DNA of 64,000 nucleotides, taken from IMG/VR virus record IMGVR_UViG_3300025942_000001; one strand, 5' to 3'. The position numbers were made by a program, and so were the translations under genes. Below, one piece after another: positions 1 through 10,392 of the stretch (the stretch's first letter is position 1; each line of letters begins with the position of its first letter). The stretch comes from a virus (lineage: Duplodnaviria; Heunggongvirae; Uroviricota; Caudoviricetes). A model generated the notes under the pieces. That model was not told where the DNA came from. It did not search any database and worked only from the letters and a program-made list of their open reading frames with translations.

Positions 1-1
1 A

Positions 2-3000
2 GCTTATACACAATCAACTGCCGCTGCTCAAACAGCAACCGCTGCTAGTATGGCGACAGCTAAAACACAGACTCTTGAGAAGGATCTTACAAAGGCTAAG
101 GCAGTTGAAAAGATAGAAGCCGAAAAGCTTGCCTATCTAATGAATGAGAGAAGCAATGTTGTCAATGGTTCTGCTATGGACAAGATGTATTATGAGAAGT
201 ACGGAAGAATGTATACTCAGGCTTCTCAGGAAGAGTTTAATAAGCTAACAACTCAGATTAGAGCGCAAGAAAGTATTTTAACTCAGGCTATTAATCATAG
301 AACTGCTGCAACAAAGGTCGCATTGGATCTTGAAAAGCAGATGATGATTAATGAACTACGTGAACAGGCCGCGATTCAAAAACTTGCTGCTGTTGGTGCA
401 TCTGGTTCACTTACATCGATGCCTGCGATTATTAGCGCCGGTGGTAAAGACTTCAAGCAAAATGCTTCTGGTAGATGGATTAATTCAGTTGGTGGAAAGT
501 TTGCTACTAAAGATGAAATGAAGGCAATCAATGAGGGTTTTGCTCAAGTTTCCACTACATCAACACAGGCAGCACAAGGTATTAATAAAGCATCAATAGC
601 CTCAAAGATATTTACTCAGGAAACACTTATGGGTGTTGCTGCTGTTTCTGCTATTGGTGGATCTTTCACTCAGGCTGGTTCATCATTATCTACTTGGCTT
701 AATGGTATTGCTCTTGCATCAGGACTTCTATCGGTATTGGCACCAGCTATTTCTTCCGCAAAGAACGCAATTATGCAGTCTAATTTTATGAGTGGTTTGT
801 TCGGTACTGCTGCTGGTAACAGATCTAGAATTGCCTCAGCTCTTACGCCTGCATTTTCTTGGATGAAAGATAAGCTTTCAATGGCTGGTAGTTTTCTTAC
901 TAATCCTTGGGTTCTAGGTGCAGCGGCTCTTGCTGTTGGCGCTTATGCTACCTATAAGCTTATGACTGCTGAAGGTGAAAAGCAGGTACAACACCAACGT
1001 GATCTTGCAAATACCACAGAGGGCTGGATGAAGACTCTAGGTCAAGCTAAACTTGAATGGGGTCAGATTAAAGATGCCTCAGGTGCTACCAAAGATAATA
1101 TGGCCGGAATGGCAAACAAGCTTAGAGAAAATAATAAGGATCTTGTTCAAGAGACAGCAAGTCAACAAAATGGTGGGCTTGATAGAACACTTCGTTATGA
1201 AGTTTATAGACTCCAGGGTCAAGGACTAAGCCAAGAAGATATTATGAAGAGTATGGAGACTCTTCTAAATGCCGCTGGTAAGTCTAAGAAGCAGATTGAA
1301 GAAGCAATGAAGAATATCAAGGTTACCTTTGATTTCAAGGGTGCTCTTCCAGATATGGACGATTTCCTTAAGGACATTAGAAAGAGAACAAGAGACGCTA
1401 ATGTATTTGAGGGTGCATTCCAAGGTAATGTTGGTTTCTTTAATGAATCTTATCAGCCAACAGATCAGGGCCGCGCCGGTATAGAATTAACTGCAAGTCT
1501 TATTAAAGACAGACTTGTTGGCCTTGACGATACTACAAAGAAGTATGTATCAGGACAAATTGCCGCTCAGCTTAATAGTGCATTTGATGACAGCTTTACA
1601 GAATTAAAGAAAAAGTATGGAGATCAAATCAAGGGTTCATGGCAAGATGCTGCTAAGGACTTATTGATCTTTGATGATAAGCAAGATGGATTTAGACCTA
1701 ATACAAAGTTTGGTTCAGATCCAAATAAGTCACAGACTGAACTCGCTCTATTGCTTAACAATAATCGTGTTCTTGCTATCAAGCTAAAGGATGCGTTGAA
1801 TCTTCCTATCCAAAATAAGGATATTAAGAACTTCGGCGATATCATGAAGTATATTGGTAATTCAGCACAATCAGCAACAGATACTCAGAAAGAATATAAC
1901 GAGGCTGTTAAGAAAACTGAAACTGCAAGCGGTAAACTAACAGATTCACAGAAGCTTCAACTAGCTCAAATTTACGCGGGTGTACGTGGACTGGATGCTG
2001 CCAAACTAGCCGCAAATGGTTATTCAGATGCACAGAAGAAAACTTCAAGTGCTATTGATGATGCCAATAGAGGTATCGGCAAGCTTATTGAGAATCTTAA
2101 TGCAGCAAGAAATGCACACGGAGATTTTGCCAGCGCAATGGCAGGAACAAGCGATTTCTGGCAAAATACTGCTGATAGCGAAACAGGCTTTGGTGGTCTT
2201 ACTGGCGATCCAATGGCACAGGGTAATCAGATCAATGATGCAATGAAGAATGCTTATTCCAATACAATGGGTACTGTATATGATCTAGCCGGTACACAAA
2301 TGGATCAGCAGTTCAAAGCTCGTATGGATGGTATTGCAGATTATTACTCAGGTATCAAGGACAGACTAGAAGCAGAATCAAAGGAGCTTGATAGAGCCTG
2401 GGATGACAGAATGCAGGCCTTCTCTGATAATTGGAAAGAAAAGATCGAGCAAACAAAGCAATCCTATAAGGATCGCAAGGAAGCTATTGAAGACGATGCG
2501 AAGGCTGAACTAAAAGCCATTGATGATCAGATTAAAGCTATCAAGGATCAAGAAGACGCAGCAAAAGATCTTGATGACCAACGTAAGAGAATGTTTGAGG
2601 CAGAAGAAAGAAGAATCGAAAGATTAACTGAACTTGCCAATAACAATATCTCTTATAACCGTGCGCTTGCTACTGGTAATTTAGATGAAGCGGCTCGTGT
2701 TATGAATAACACTGAGCGTCTACAAACAAGCTGGGGTGTAGAAGACGCCCAACTATCTGCTGATGAAAGAGCACGTCAAAGAGAAAAGGCCAATAAAGCA
2801 CAAATTGATGAACTTGAATCACGTAAAGATGTTATCAATGAAGCCAAGGAAGCCAAGCTAGACGCTTTGGCTGAAGAGGAAGACGCAGTAATGAAATCTC
2901 TTGAAAAGCAACAAGAGATGGAAAAGCGTAATCTTGAGATTCAGAAGGATAATGAAAAGCAGAGACTTCAAGACAGAATAGATGGTCTTTCCAAGGAACA

Positions 3001-4900
3001 AGCGGCGGTAGAAGAGACAGAACGTGCAAAGCAAGAAATGAATCGTAAGACACTTGAAATTCAACTTGCTACCTTGAGAGCTTTTGTTCCTATGAATGAA
3101 CAACAGCTTTGGGAGCACATTGCCAGAGTACAAGGTGCCTATGATGAGCATGGAATTTCATTGCAGTTCAAGGGTACTGAGTGGGGTAAGATTGTTGGTA
3201 TGGCTCTACAAAATAACGTAGATGCTGCAAGAATCCAAATGTCCAATTCATCAGATTGGGCTGCATCGGGTGCTCAAATTGGTGACTCTATCGCAAAAGG
3301 TGCTTTTGGTTTAACACTTGGTGAGTTCTTCAATATGATTATTTCTGGTCAACCACCAGAAGGATGGAAGCCACCTGGTGCAAGTGCAGGATTCTCCAAT
3401 GTTGGAAAACCTAATTATGGTGCATTCCACGTTGGAGGTATGGTTGGTAGAGATCCAGGAGGTCGTCTTGGTAGAACCGGTGGTCTTCATTCTGACGAGA
3501 TGCCAGCTATTCTACAAAAGGGTGAATATGTACTTGATAAGAATACTGTAGATAGAATTGGTACTGGTGGTATTGATGCTATTAAATCAGGTCAATTTGG
3601 TATTGGTGGAGCAGATATGGGCTTTGCCGGTATCGCCGGTGGTATTGCAGTTACACTTATGCGTTCTATGATTATGGCGGCATTCCTTGGTAGTCAAAAG
3701 CAGCAAGAAGATTTTGCTGCTAATGGATTCAGTGGCAGTATTGCACAACAGCCAGGTATGTACGGCGGTATTCCATTAAGTGAAGAACAACTACTTAATG
3801 CAAATACTATTGCCTCTGTTGGTATGGGTATGGGTGCCAGCACAAGGGATATCATTATTTCTCTTATGACTGCTATGCAGGAATCAGGTCTTAGAAATCT
3901 TAACTATGGTGACCGTGACTCTGTTGGTTTATTCCAGCAACGTACATCACAAGGCTGGGGTACTATCGAACAAATCATGAATCCTACATATGCAGCCACT
4001 AAGTTCTTTGAAGGACTTTTGGCTATTCCTGGCAGAAATGCTATGAGTTTAACTCAGGCAGCCCAAGCAGTTCAGCGTTCAGCATTCCCTGATGCTTATG
4101 CTCAATGGCAAGGTATGGCTGAGGCTGTTGTAGGCGCGGGCGCAGGAACAGCTCAGAATGATGGAACTCTAAAGGGTTTTGGTATGTTCTTGAGAATGGC
4201 ACAAAGTGCTATGAGTGGTTCTGGTGCCGCCGGTGGCGGACCAGTTGGTCTTGGTAATTATGTAAGACCAACTAGTGGACCAATTACCTCTGAATATGGT
4301 TGGAGAACAGATCCATTTACTGGAGCACAATCACTTCACGATGGTATTGACATCGGCGCGGCACAAGGAACACCAATTTATGCTACAGATCAAGGTCGTG
4401 TAATTCAGGTTGGTGACAGCGGATCTGGCTTTGGTAACTGGACCTTGATTGATCATGGTAACGGTATTATTTCTGGTTACGCTCACCAAAGCTCATATGC
4501 TGTTGGAAATGGACAGAATGTTGGAAAGGGGCAGACTATTGGTTATGTTGGTACAACTGGTAGATCAACTGGTCCTCACCTTCACTTCCAGATGGGTCCA
4601 GGTCCAGGCAACTTTCAGAACCCTAGAAATTATATTCCAAGTTTAAGTACTGGTGGAACAATTAATTACGATAATGTTATGGCCAATTTGCACAAGGATG
4701 AAAAAGTACTTACTGCTCCATTGAGTAAGTCACTTGAGCGCGGTATTAATAATCTTGACGCCGGTGCTAACAATGTGTATCATGTAGATGTGAGAATTGA
4801 CGGAAGTGGTCTTTCACCTAGAGAACTAAAGAGAGCAGTTATTGAAGCTATCGATGAGAAGAAATTAATGGATTCAAGAAAGGTTGGTAAAGTAAGATGA
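2..4900 (+). CDS. Tail tape-measure protein, 5'-truncated at the window edge. The C-terminal part carries a lytic-transglycosylase-like motif and an M23 (LytM-type) peptidase domain.
   Basis: The reading frame is open from nt 2. The protein is long and rich in Ala, Gln, Lys and Glu, with coiled-coil repeats. The motif GLFQQRTSQGWG resembles the SLT GLMQ motif. The C-terminus reads HDGIDIGAAQGTPIYA...GYAHQS...GPHLHFQM, which matches the M23 HxxxD and HxH motifs. Confidence 0.8.
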   Translation, partial: AYTQSTAAAQTATAASMATAKTQTLEKDLTKAKAVEKIEAEKLAYLMNERSNVVNGSAMDKMYYEKYGRMYTQASQEEFNKLTTQIRAQESILTQAINHRTAATKVALDLEKQMMINELREQAAIQKLAAVGASGSLTSMPAIISAGGKDFKQNASGRWINSVGGKFATKDEMKAINEGFAQVSTTSTQAAQGINKASIASKIFTQETLMGVAAVSAIGGSFTQAGSSLSTWLNGIALASGLLSVLAPAISSAKNAIMQSNFMSGLFGTAAGNRSRIASALTPAFSWMKDKLSMAGSFLTNPWVLGAAALAVGAYATYKLMTAEGEKQVQHQRDLANTTEGWMKTLGQAKLEWGQIKDASGATKDNMAGMANKLRENNKDLVQETASQQNGGLDRTLRYEVYRLQGQGLSQEDIMKSMETLLNAAGKSKKQIEEAMKNIKVTFDFKGALPDMDDFLKDIRKRTRDANVFEGAFQGNVGFFNESYQPTDQGRAGIELTASLIKDRLVGLDDTTKKYVSGQIAAQLNSAFDDSFTELKKKYGDQIKGSWQDAAKDLLIFDDKQDGFRPNTKFGSDPNKSQTELALLLNNNRVLAIKLKDALNLPIQNKDIKNFGDIMKYIGNSAQSATDTQKEYNEAVKKTETASGKLTDSQKLQLAQIYAGVRGLDAAKLAANGYSDAQKKTSSAIDDANRGIGKLIENLNAARNAHGDFASAMAGTSDFWQNTADSETGFGGLTGDPMAQGNQINDAMKNAYSNTMGTVYDLAGTQMDQQFKARMDGIADYYSGIKDRLEAESKELDRAWDDRMQAFSDNWKEKIEQTKQSYKDRKEAIEDDAKAELKAIDDQIKAIKDQEDAAKDLDDQRKRMFEAEERRIERLTELANNNISYNRALATGNLDEAARVMNNTERLQTSWGVEDAQLSADERARQREKANKAQIDELESRKDVINEAKEAKLDALAEEEDAVMKSLEKQQEMEKRNLEIQKDNEKQRLQDRIDGLSKEQAAVEETERAKQEMNRKTLEIQLATLRAFVPMNEQQLWEHIARVQGAYDEHGISLQFKGTEWGKIVGMALQNNVDAARIQMSNSSDWAASGAQIGDSIAKGAFGLTLGEFFNMIISGQPPEGWKPPGASAGFSNVGKPNYGAFHVGGMVGRDPGGRLGRTGGLHSDEMPAILQKGEYVLDKNTVDRIGTGGIDAIKSGQFGIGGADMGFAGIAGGIAVTLMRSMIMAAFLGSQKQQEDFAANGFSGSIAQQPGMYGGIPLSEEQLLNANTIASVGMGMGASTRDIIISLMTAMQESGLRNLNYGDRDSVGLFQQRTSQGWGTIEQIMNPTYAATKFFEGLLAIPGRNAMSLTQAAQAVQRSAFPDAYAQWQGMAEAVVGAGAGTAQNDGTLKGFGMFLRMAQSAMSGSGAAGGGPVGLGNYVRPTSGPITSEYGWRTDPFTGAQSLHDGIDIGAAQGTPIYATDQGRVIQVGDSGSGFGNWTLIDHGNGIISGYAHQSSYAVGNGQNVGKGQTIGYVGTTGRSTGPHLHFQMGPGPGNFQNPRNYIPSLSTGGTINYDNVMANLHKDEKVLTAPLSKSLERGINNLDAGANNVYHVDVRIDGSGLSPRELKRAVIEAIDEKKLMDSRKVGKVR

Positions 4901-5319
4901 TACTTCCTATTACTTGTGGTATTACTTTCGCTCGTCCTTCAGATCCAGGTTATTTAACTGCTAGGGCAACCGATCATAATAGATCAGCAATTACTATTAC
5001 CCCAGAGAAAATGGAAAATAAGGAACGCATGGCCGACGGTACTTTGAGAAAGTTTGTAGTAGCAACCAAGAATAATATCAAGGTATCTTGGACAGATTTA
5101 CCAAATAAGAATGTTGTATCCGTGGATAAATTCTGGGCGGCAGATGCTTTAAAGAATTTCTATTATTCACATGATGGTGATTTTTATATCACTTTAAATT
5201 ATGGTGATGGAACAAATAAGGTTTTTCATGTTATGTTCAGTGAATTTGATGCAAAGCTTTCAAAAAGAGGAATTTATACAGATTTATATGATATCAGCAT
5301 AGGATTGGAAGAAATATAA
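4897..5319 (+). CDS. Small tail-assembly or distal-tail-like structural protein (hypothetical)
   Basis: It is translationally coupled to the tape-measure gene by an ATGA overlap. Its position matches that of a distal tail protein in siphovirus tail modules. No recognisable motif was found. Confidence 0.4.
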   Translation: MILPITCGITFARPSDPGYLTARATDHNRSAITITPEKMENKERMADGTLRKFVVATKNNIKVSWTDLPNKNVVSVDKFWAADALKNFYYSHDGDFYITLNYGDGTNKVFHVMFSEFDAKLSKRGIYTDLYDISIGLEEI

Positions 5320-8300
5320 TGCAGCAACTTGACAGCCAATTGATGACGGCTCTGGATACAGACTATCAAATTGGTGGTAAGGCTATAGTCATTGCCGAAT
5401 GGAACTTTAATAGAATTGTCAAGACGACTGTAACAAATACTATAGATGATATAGATTTTAAGCCTTGGCCTTATTCTAAAATTCATTTTCCAGTCAACTC
5501 AATTACTGAAGGGTTTAGACCAGATGCCGGAATGGTGTTTGGTTTTACAGGCACAGCTATCCCTATTTCTAATGCTGAATTAGCACCGGGTGGACAAAGA
5601 TTCTATGTTGCAAGTAAGACCACTCCATACAAATATTGGATATCACCAAGTAAATCCATATCAAATATTAATCAAGACACAGTATCAACAGGTGAACTTA
5701 ACTTTGCCATCAGTAATGCTGATCTAATTGTTGAGTACGACACTCCAATAAAGGTTAATAAAGTAAAAGTTGTCTTCACAGGTGATACAAGACCAGTTAT
5801 ATGGAGAGTATCTATCTTTGACCAGAATCTAAATGATTGGGTTCTTATTTCAACATCTCCAACAGTTGATGCAATTACTGGTAGAGCTGAGCTATGGTGG
5901 AATGGTTCTGCATGGGTGCAAACACAACAACTAGATGATAGTTTGTATAAGACCATCAAGAAAGTAAAGGTTGAGTTTGATAGCGTAAATGCACCGGCAG
6001 AGAGATTACATGTAATTGAAATAGCAGGTATGAGAGAAATTGATATGTCTGCAAGACTTCAGAACTATAATATTAATAGCAGCATGGATAACGTTGATTA
6101 CATACATCCTGTTGGACAAATGAATTCAAATGACGGATCTTTGGTTATAGACAACAGAGATTTAGCTATTGAAGTAGCAGATCCAACGGTTGACTTTTAT
6201 GGCCTTACAGACGGTTGGTGTGAATACAGAACTTATGTCAAATATGATATGTCTAAATATCTAGTTGATGATGAGTATGTTCGTACTGGAACAATGTTTT
6301 CAAATGGATGGGCTCAAGAAAATCCCTACGAATACAATATAGAGCTATTTGATATTGTAAAGATTTTACAGACCATAAAATGCCCGGCGGTGCTGGTAGA
6401 AAATAAGTCAATTGGTCGTATCATGTCTATGATCCTTGATCTAGTAGGAATAGACAGATACGAAATTGATTTTCAAGACTTTGATCAGACATCCAATATA
6501 AGGTATTTTTGGACTGATGGTAAAGAGTCAGTATACGAGGTTCTCAATAGAATCTGTGAATCACATCAATGTGCTATATTCTCGGATGAATTCGGTAAGC
6601 TTCAACTATTGACAAGAAATCAAATAGCAAATGACGTCGATACAGAAGACTTCATACTACGTGGTGAAGACGTAATCGATGGTCCAACTACATTGATTTC
6701 AAACTTTTCACAATTGAGAAAAAGATATGATCTAGCTGTCAATGATATTGAAATCAAATACAAGCGTAGACAGGCCAACGTAGATGATTTGGATATTACT
6801 GGAAAAGTTCTTACTTCAAAGGTATGGGATACCAGTGATTCTATTGTTATGAAAGCTAGTCCTTTAAGAATTAAGGTCGACAAGACTGCGATTCCTGGTG
6901 TTGAAGTAGATCATGATACTCCTTGTGATGTTTTTATGAACGATAAAGATATAGAAACATGGCCTTACAAGGGGTCGTTTTCTCTGGATGGTGAAATATT
7001 CAATTATGATGGAAAGGGTTATGCCGTAATTGATTATGGTACTAACACCTGGGCTGAATGGATCATCAAAAGCAATGATGAGAAGAAGGCTTACGACAAG
7101 CAGACCTATGACAGTTACCAGCCCGTAGGAGGGCCATCAGGAGGTGCTAGCGGCCAGCCTATTAATGCTCCGGTACCAGCAGGTCTCTATCAAAATAAAT
7201 TGACTGGAAGGCTACGTGTCACAGCTCGTGGAGTAGACGAAACCGTACCGGCAACCCACACAAATAACTGGGTTGACGGATGGTTGCCTTTGCGCGCATG
7301 GAGATACGAGGGTACCGGTGTCGGTTATATTGATTACGGTGGCAGTGGAATCACTCTAGCCGATGTAGCTGACTGGAGAAACAAGCCAAATTGGAAGCGT
7401 ACACAGAGTAGATGGACTGTTGAAAATTCAAAAGCTATATGCGATCATAGTGAACAGACAAACATCAGTGATAAGTTTGGTTTTCTCATTAGAGATCTTG
7501 GAGATGTAGAATTCAGAGAGTTCGGTACAAGAATTAAGTTTAATACTGGTGGAACTGCTGGTATTGTCTTCTGTATTACAGATCAAGACGGATATACTCA
7601 AGATGATCCATCATTGGAAGATCCAACTGACGCTCATAGATACTATATTCTTTCAGTAATTACATCTGAGGATGTAGATGCTGCTGGCCGAGTGAATAAT
7701 GAAATTAATATCGATGTCAAGAATGGGGATGATTTTACACCACTTGAACCAATGAATACCAAGATTGCAGACGGCGGCGGAAAAATGCAAATCGATAAAG
7801 GTAAATGGTATGACATTGAGATTGTTTATCATGACAATATGATGAATGATCGCCGAGGTTCCGGTAAGATTGAAGTCTTCGTTGATGGTCAATACATTGA
7901 TACATGGGAGACCGATGATGTTATTCGTCCTACAAACTACGCAGGTGTTCATTGTAGATATTCAACTATAGCGGAGTTTGAATATTTCTATGCGACTACA
8001 ACAAGTGGTCGTGCAGCTCCACGATGGAGAAATGATGAAGCATTTGGTATGAATATTATTAATCTTCCACCCGGAACCGATGTTAGTACAATAGTTAATT
8101 TTGGTTCTGATGGCGCTTGGCCAGGTAGAGTAGCAATGTCTGCTGCTTCACTTGCAACTACAAGCTCCTTGAGTTCTGTTAAGATATTTGGTAAAGGAAA
8201 TGCTCAACTAGCAGAATTAGGCCCGGTGACACTTAAGGGTGATACGCGTAAAACATGGCTTATGGAAGATATAGCCAAAGGTAAGCTTGCAAGTATGGCT

Positions 8301-9122
8301 AAGATAAGATATACAAGCTCAGAAGACTTATCTTTATGTTTTGAATATACTAATATTGGAGCATTACCTTATTTTGGATACAGAAATATCTATCCGCAAG
8401 ATTATTCTTATTACAATAAGACAAAGGGTGCATATTTCGCTACTAGATTCCAGAATATAGTAGTAAATAAAGATTCAAATTATGATAACACTGGCGATAT
8501 AATTATCGCCAATAGTGAAACTGATCAATCTATTTTCTTCGATGATTTTGGGTCTATCATTAGAGAGATTAGAGACTTTGATGTTGAGCTATCAGCAGCA
8601 CCGTCAAAGGGCACAAGTGTGTTTAGTAGTAATCCTGGCGTGGTTGTAACAAAATTCTCTTATAATCCTCAAAGAGGAATCTTTACTCTTGCTAATGCAT
8701 CACATGAGAATGAGATTGTAAATGGTACAGAACAAGTAGACAGTTCTAATACAATTGACCATACTCTACTACTTTATGGTTATATCATCATTGAAAAGGA
8801 AGAGAAAACAAAAGAGGTCAAGAATGATGATTCTATAAGAAAGCATGGTTCTCGCCCGGCGGACTTCGATGCTTACTGGATCAATGGTGATGAAGAAGCA
8901 GATGCATTAGCGGCTTGGATTTCAACTCATTGGGCTGATCCTATGGCAACTATTGAAGTAAAAACATTTGGTGATATTTATGTTCAAATAGGTGATAAGT
9001 CAAAAGTTATCTATTCAGATTCACAAATTAAACCAGAATGGCTTTATATTGTAACTGCTATGACTAGAGAATTTGACAATAGTGGTCTTTCAACTAGTCT
9101 AACCCTTCGCAGAGTTAGATAA
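5319..9122 (+). CDS. Large tail-tip or baseplate protein (tail-associated, 1267 aa)
   Basis: A 1267-aa ORF lies immediately after the tape-measure and distal-tail genes. It is rich in Gly, Asn and Thr, typical of beta-structure. The call is from position and size only. Confidence 0.5.
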   Translation: MQQLDSQLMTALDTDYQIGGKAIVIAEWNFNRIVKTTVTNTIDDIDFKPWPYSKIHFPVNSITEGFRPDAGMVFGFTGTAIPISNAELAPGGQRFYVASKTTPYKYWISPSKSISNINQDTVSTGELNFAISNADLIVEYDTPIKVNKVKVVFTGDTRPVIWRVSIFDQNLNDWVLISTSPTVDAITGRAELWWNGSAWVQTQQLDDSLYKTIKKVKVEFDSVNAPAERLHVIEIAGMREIDMSARLQNYNINSSMDNVDYIHPVGQMNSNDGSLVIDNRDLAIEVADPTVDFYGLTDGWCEYRTYVKYDMSKYLVDDEYVRTGTMFSNGWAQENPYEYNIELFDIVKILQTIKCPAVLVENKSIGRIMSMILDLVGIDRYEIDFQDFDQTSNIRYFWTDGKESVYEVLNRICESHQCAIFSDEFGKLQLLTRNQIANDVDTEDFILRGEDVIDGPTTLISNFSQLRKRYDLAVNDIEIKYKRRQANVDDLDITGKVLTSKVWDTSDSIVMKASPLRIKVDKTAIPGVEVDHDTPCDVFMNDKDIETWPYKGSFSLDGEIFNYDGKGYAVIDYGTNTWAEWIIKSNDEKKAYDKQTYDSYQPVGGPSGGASGQPINAPVPAGLYQNKLTGRLRVTARGVDETVPATHTNNWVDGWLPLRAWRYEGTGVGYIDYGGSGITLADVADWRNKPNWKRTQSRWTVENSKAICDHSEQTNISDKFGFLIRDLGDVEFREFGTRIKFNTGGTAGIVFCITDQDGYTQDDPSLEDPTDAHRYYILSVITSEDVDAAGRVNNEINIDVKNGDDFTPLEPMNTKIADGGGKMQIDKGKWYDIEIVYHDNMMNDRRGSGKIEVFVDGQYIDTWETDDVIRPTNYAGVHCRYSTIAEFEYFYATTTSGRAAPRWRNDEAFGMNIINLPPGTDVSTIVNFGSDGAWPGRVAMSAASLATTSSLSSVKIFGKGNAQLAELGPVTLKGDTRKTWLMEDIAKGKLASMAKIRYTSSEDLSLCFEYTNIGALPYFGYRNIYPQDYSYYNKTKGAYFATRFQNIVVNKDSNYDNTGDIIIANSETDQSIFFDDFGSIIREIRDFDVELSAAPSKGTSVFSSNPGVVVTKFSYNPQRGIFTLANASHENEIVNGTEQVDSSNTIDHTLLLYGYIIIEKEEKTKEVKNDDSIRKHGSRPADFDAYWINGDEEADALAAWISTHWADPMATIEVKTFGDIYVQIGDKSKVIYSDSQIKPEWLYIVTAMTREFDNSGLSTSLTLRRVR

Positions 9123-9158
9123 GTTGGCCGTGACAACTATATGTGATAAAATGTAGCA

Positions 9159-9527
9159 ATGGAGCAAATTAAATCAGATCAGATTGTACCTAATAAGGTT
9201 GCAGATAATACAATCAATTCTATTCCAAGAGATTTAGGTCAGGCAGTTGGAGACAGAAGAAAAAAGCCTCTAGGTTTAATTGTCGCTGATGGCCCTGGTG
9301 GATCAACATCTAATCCTGATGCAATTTCTCCAGTAAATGATTCAGTTGAAGTATTAAATCCGGCGTCTAAACTTCCGGCCACACCACAACTTATTGCTAT
9401 TAAAAGTCAGACAGTTAATATCAAACCAGATGGAACAGCAGCAGTTGATATTATTATTGAAGTAGAAGATGTAAGAAATGCCGTAGAATATGAAGTGAGG
9501 ATAACTAAAGGTGCAGGGAACCTATAA
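9159..9527 (+). CDS. hypothetical structural protein
   Basis: ORF of 122 aa in the tail module, in the same orientation as its neighbours. Confidence 0.4.
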   Translation: MEQIKSDQIVPNKVADNTINSIPRDLGQAVGDRRKKPLGLIVADGPGGSTSNPDAISPVNDSVEVLNPASKLPATPQLIAIKSQTVNIKPDGTAAVDIIIEVEDVRNAVEYEVRITKGAGNL

Positions 9528-10392
9528 TTTATATCTAGACGGAGATCTAGTAGCGTGTTATAAAAATCTGATAACCAATCAAGGCAAGTCTAGAATAAGA
9601 CAAATGTTGGCGGGAAATGTCAATAGTTTTGCGTCCTCTATACTTGTAGGTATTGGTGAAGATGTAGCAAATGTTAGTGATACAAAACTAACATTTGCAG
9701 TAGACGGCGCTAACATTTCAGGTACTATGGTTGACGATGTCAATAATGGTATTTATTTTAAAACTTCACTTCCAGTAAGAGGACAATATGTAATTTATGA
9801 ACTTGGCTGCTTTGCTGCAAATAGTGTGACTTCTCAACAAATCATGCAGAACGCACTGCTGATGTCTTTTGGAGATTCTCCAGGCTGGGCGTCCAGTGTA
9901 GGATCACATACTTTGGATGATACATTTACCAGAATAGGTATTAATTCATTGCATTATAATATTCTGGCTAGCGCAACAGCCAAAGGTGCAACACCTATGC
10001 TTATTAATCTTGATCAGCTAGATGCGTTGACTATCTTTTCTTTTGCATTCTATGCTTCTAACATTAATTCAATTAAGCTAAGATTCAAGAACTCAGATGC
10101 TGATTATTACGAACGTGTGATCAGTTCTATCTTGGATGAAGATTATAATATATCTACTTTCACAAAGGGTAGTTTTATTGCGACAGGCTCTCCAACGTGG
10201 TCAAACATAATTTCAATGGAAGTTGAAATAGAAGCCCAGGCATCAAATGGTTTCATTGATTTAGATGGTCTGCGTTATGATTCAGCAGGACAAAGCAATC
10301 TTTTGCTTAGTAGAGCATTGGCGGCAGACCCAACAATTAAACCAGTTGGGTCAACTTTGGATATAGAATATATTCTTGAGGGTGTTGTCTGA
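9511..10392 (+). CDS. hypothetical tail or baseplate protein
   Basis: ORF of 293 aa that overlaps its neighbours' stops and starts, consistent with translational coupling. Confidence 0.4.
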   Translation: MQGTYNLYLDGDLVACYKNLITNQGKSRIRQMLAGNVNSFASSILVGIGEDVANVSDTKLTFAVDGANISGTMVDDVNNGIYFKTSLPVRGQYVIYELGCFAANSVTSQQIMQNALLMSFGDSPGWASSVGSHTLDDTFTRIGINSLHYNILASATAKGATPMLINLDQLDALTIFSFAFYASNINSIKLRFKNSDADYYERVISSILDEDYNISTFTKGSFIATGSPTWSNIISMEVEIEAQASNGFIDLDGLRYDSAGQSNLLLSRALAADPTIKPVGSTLDIEYILEGVV

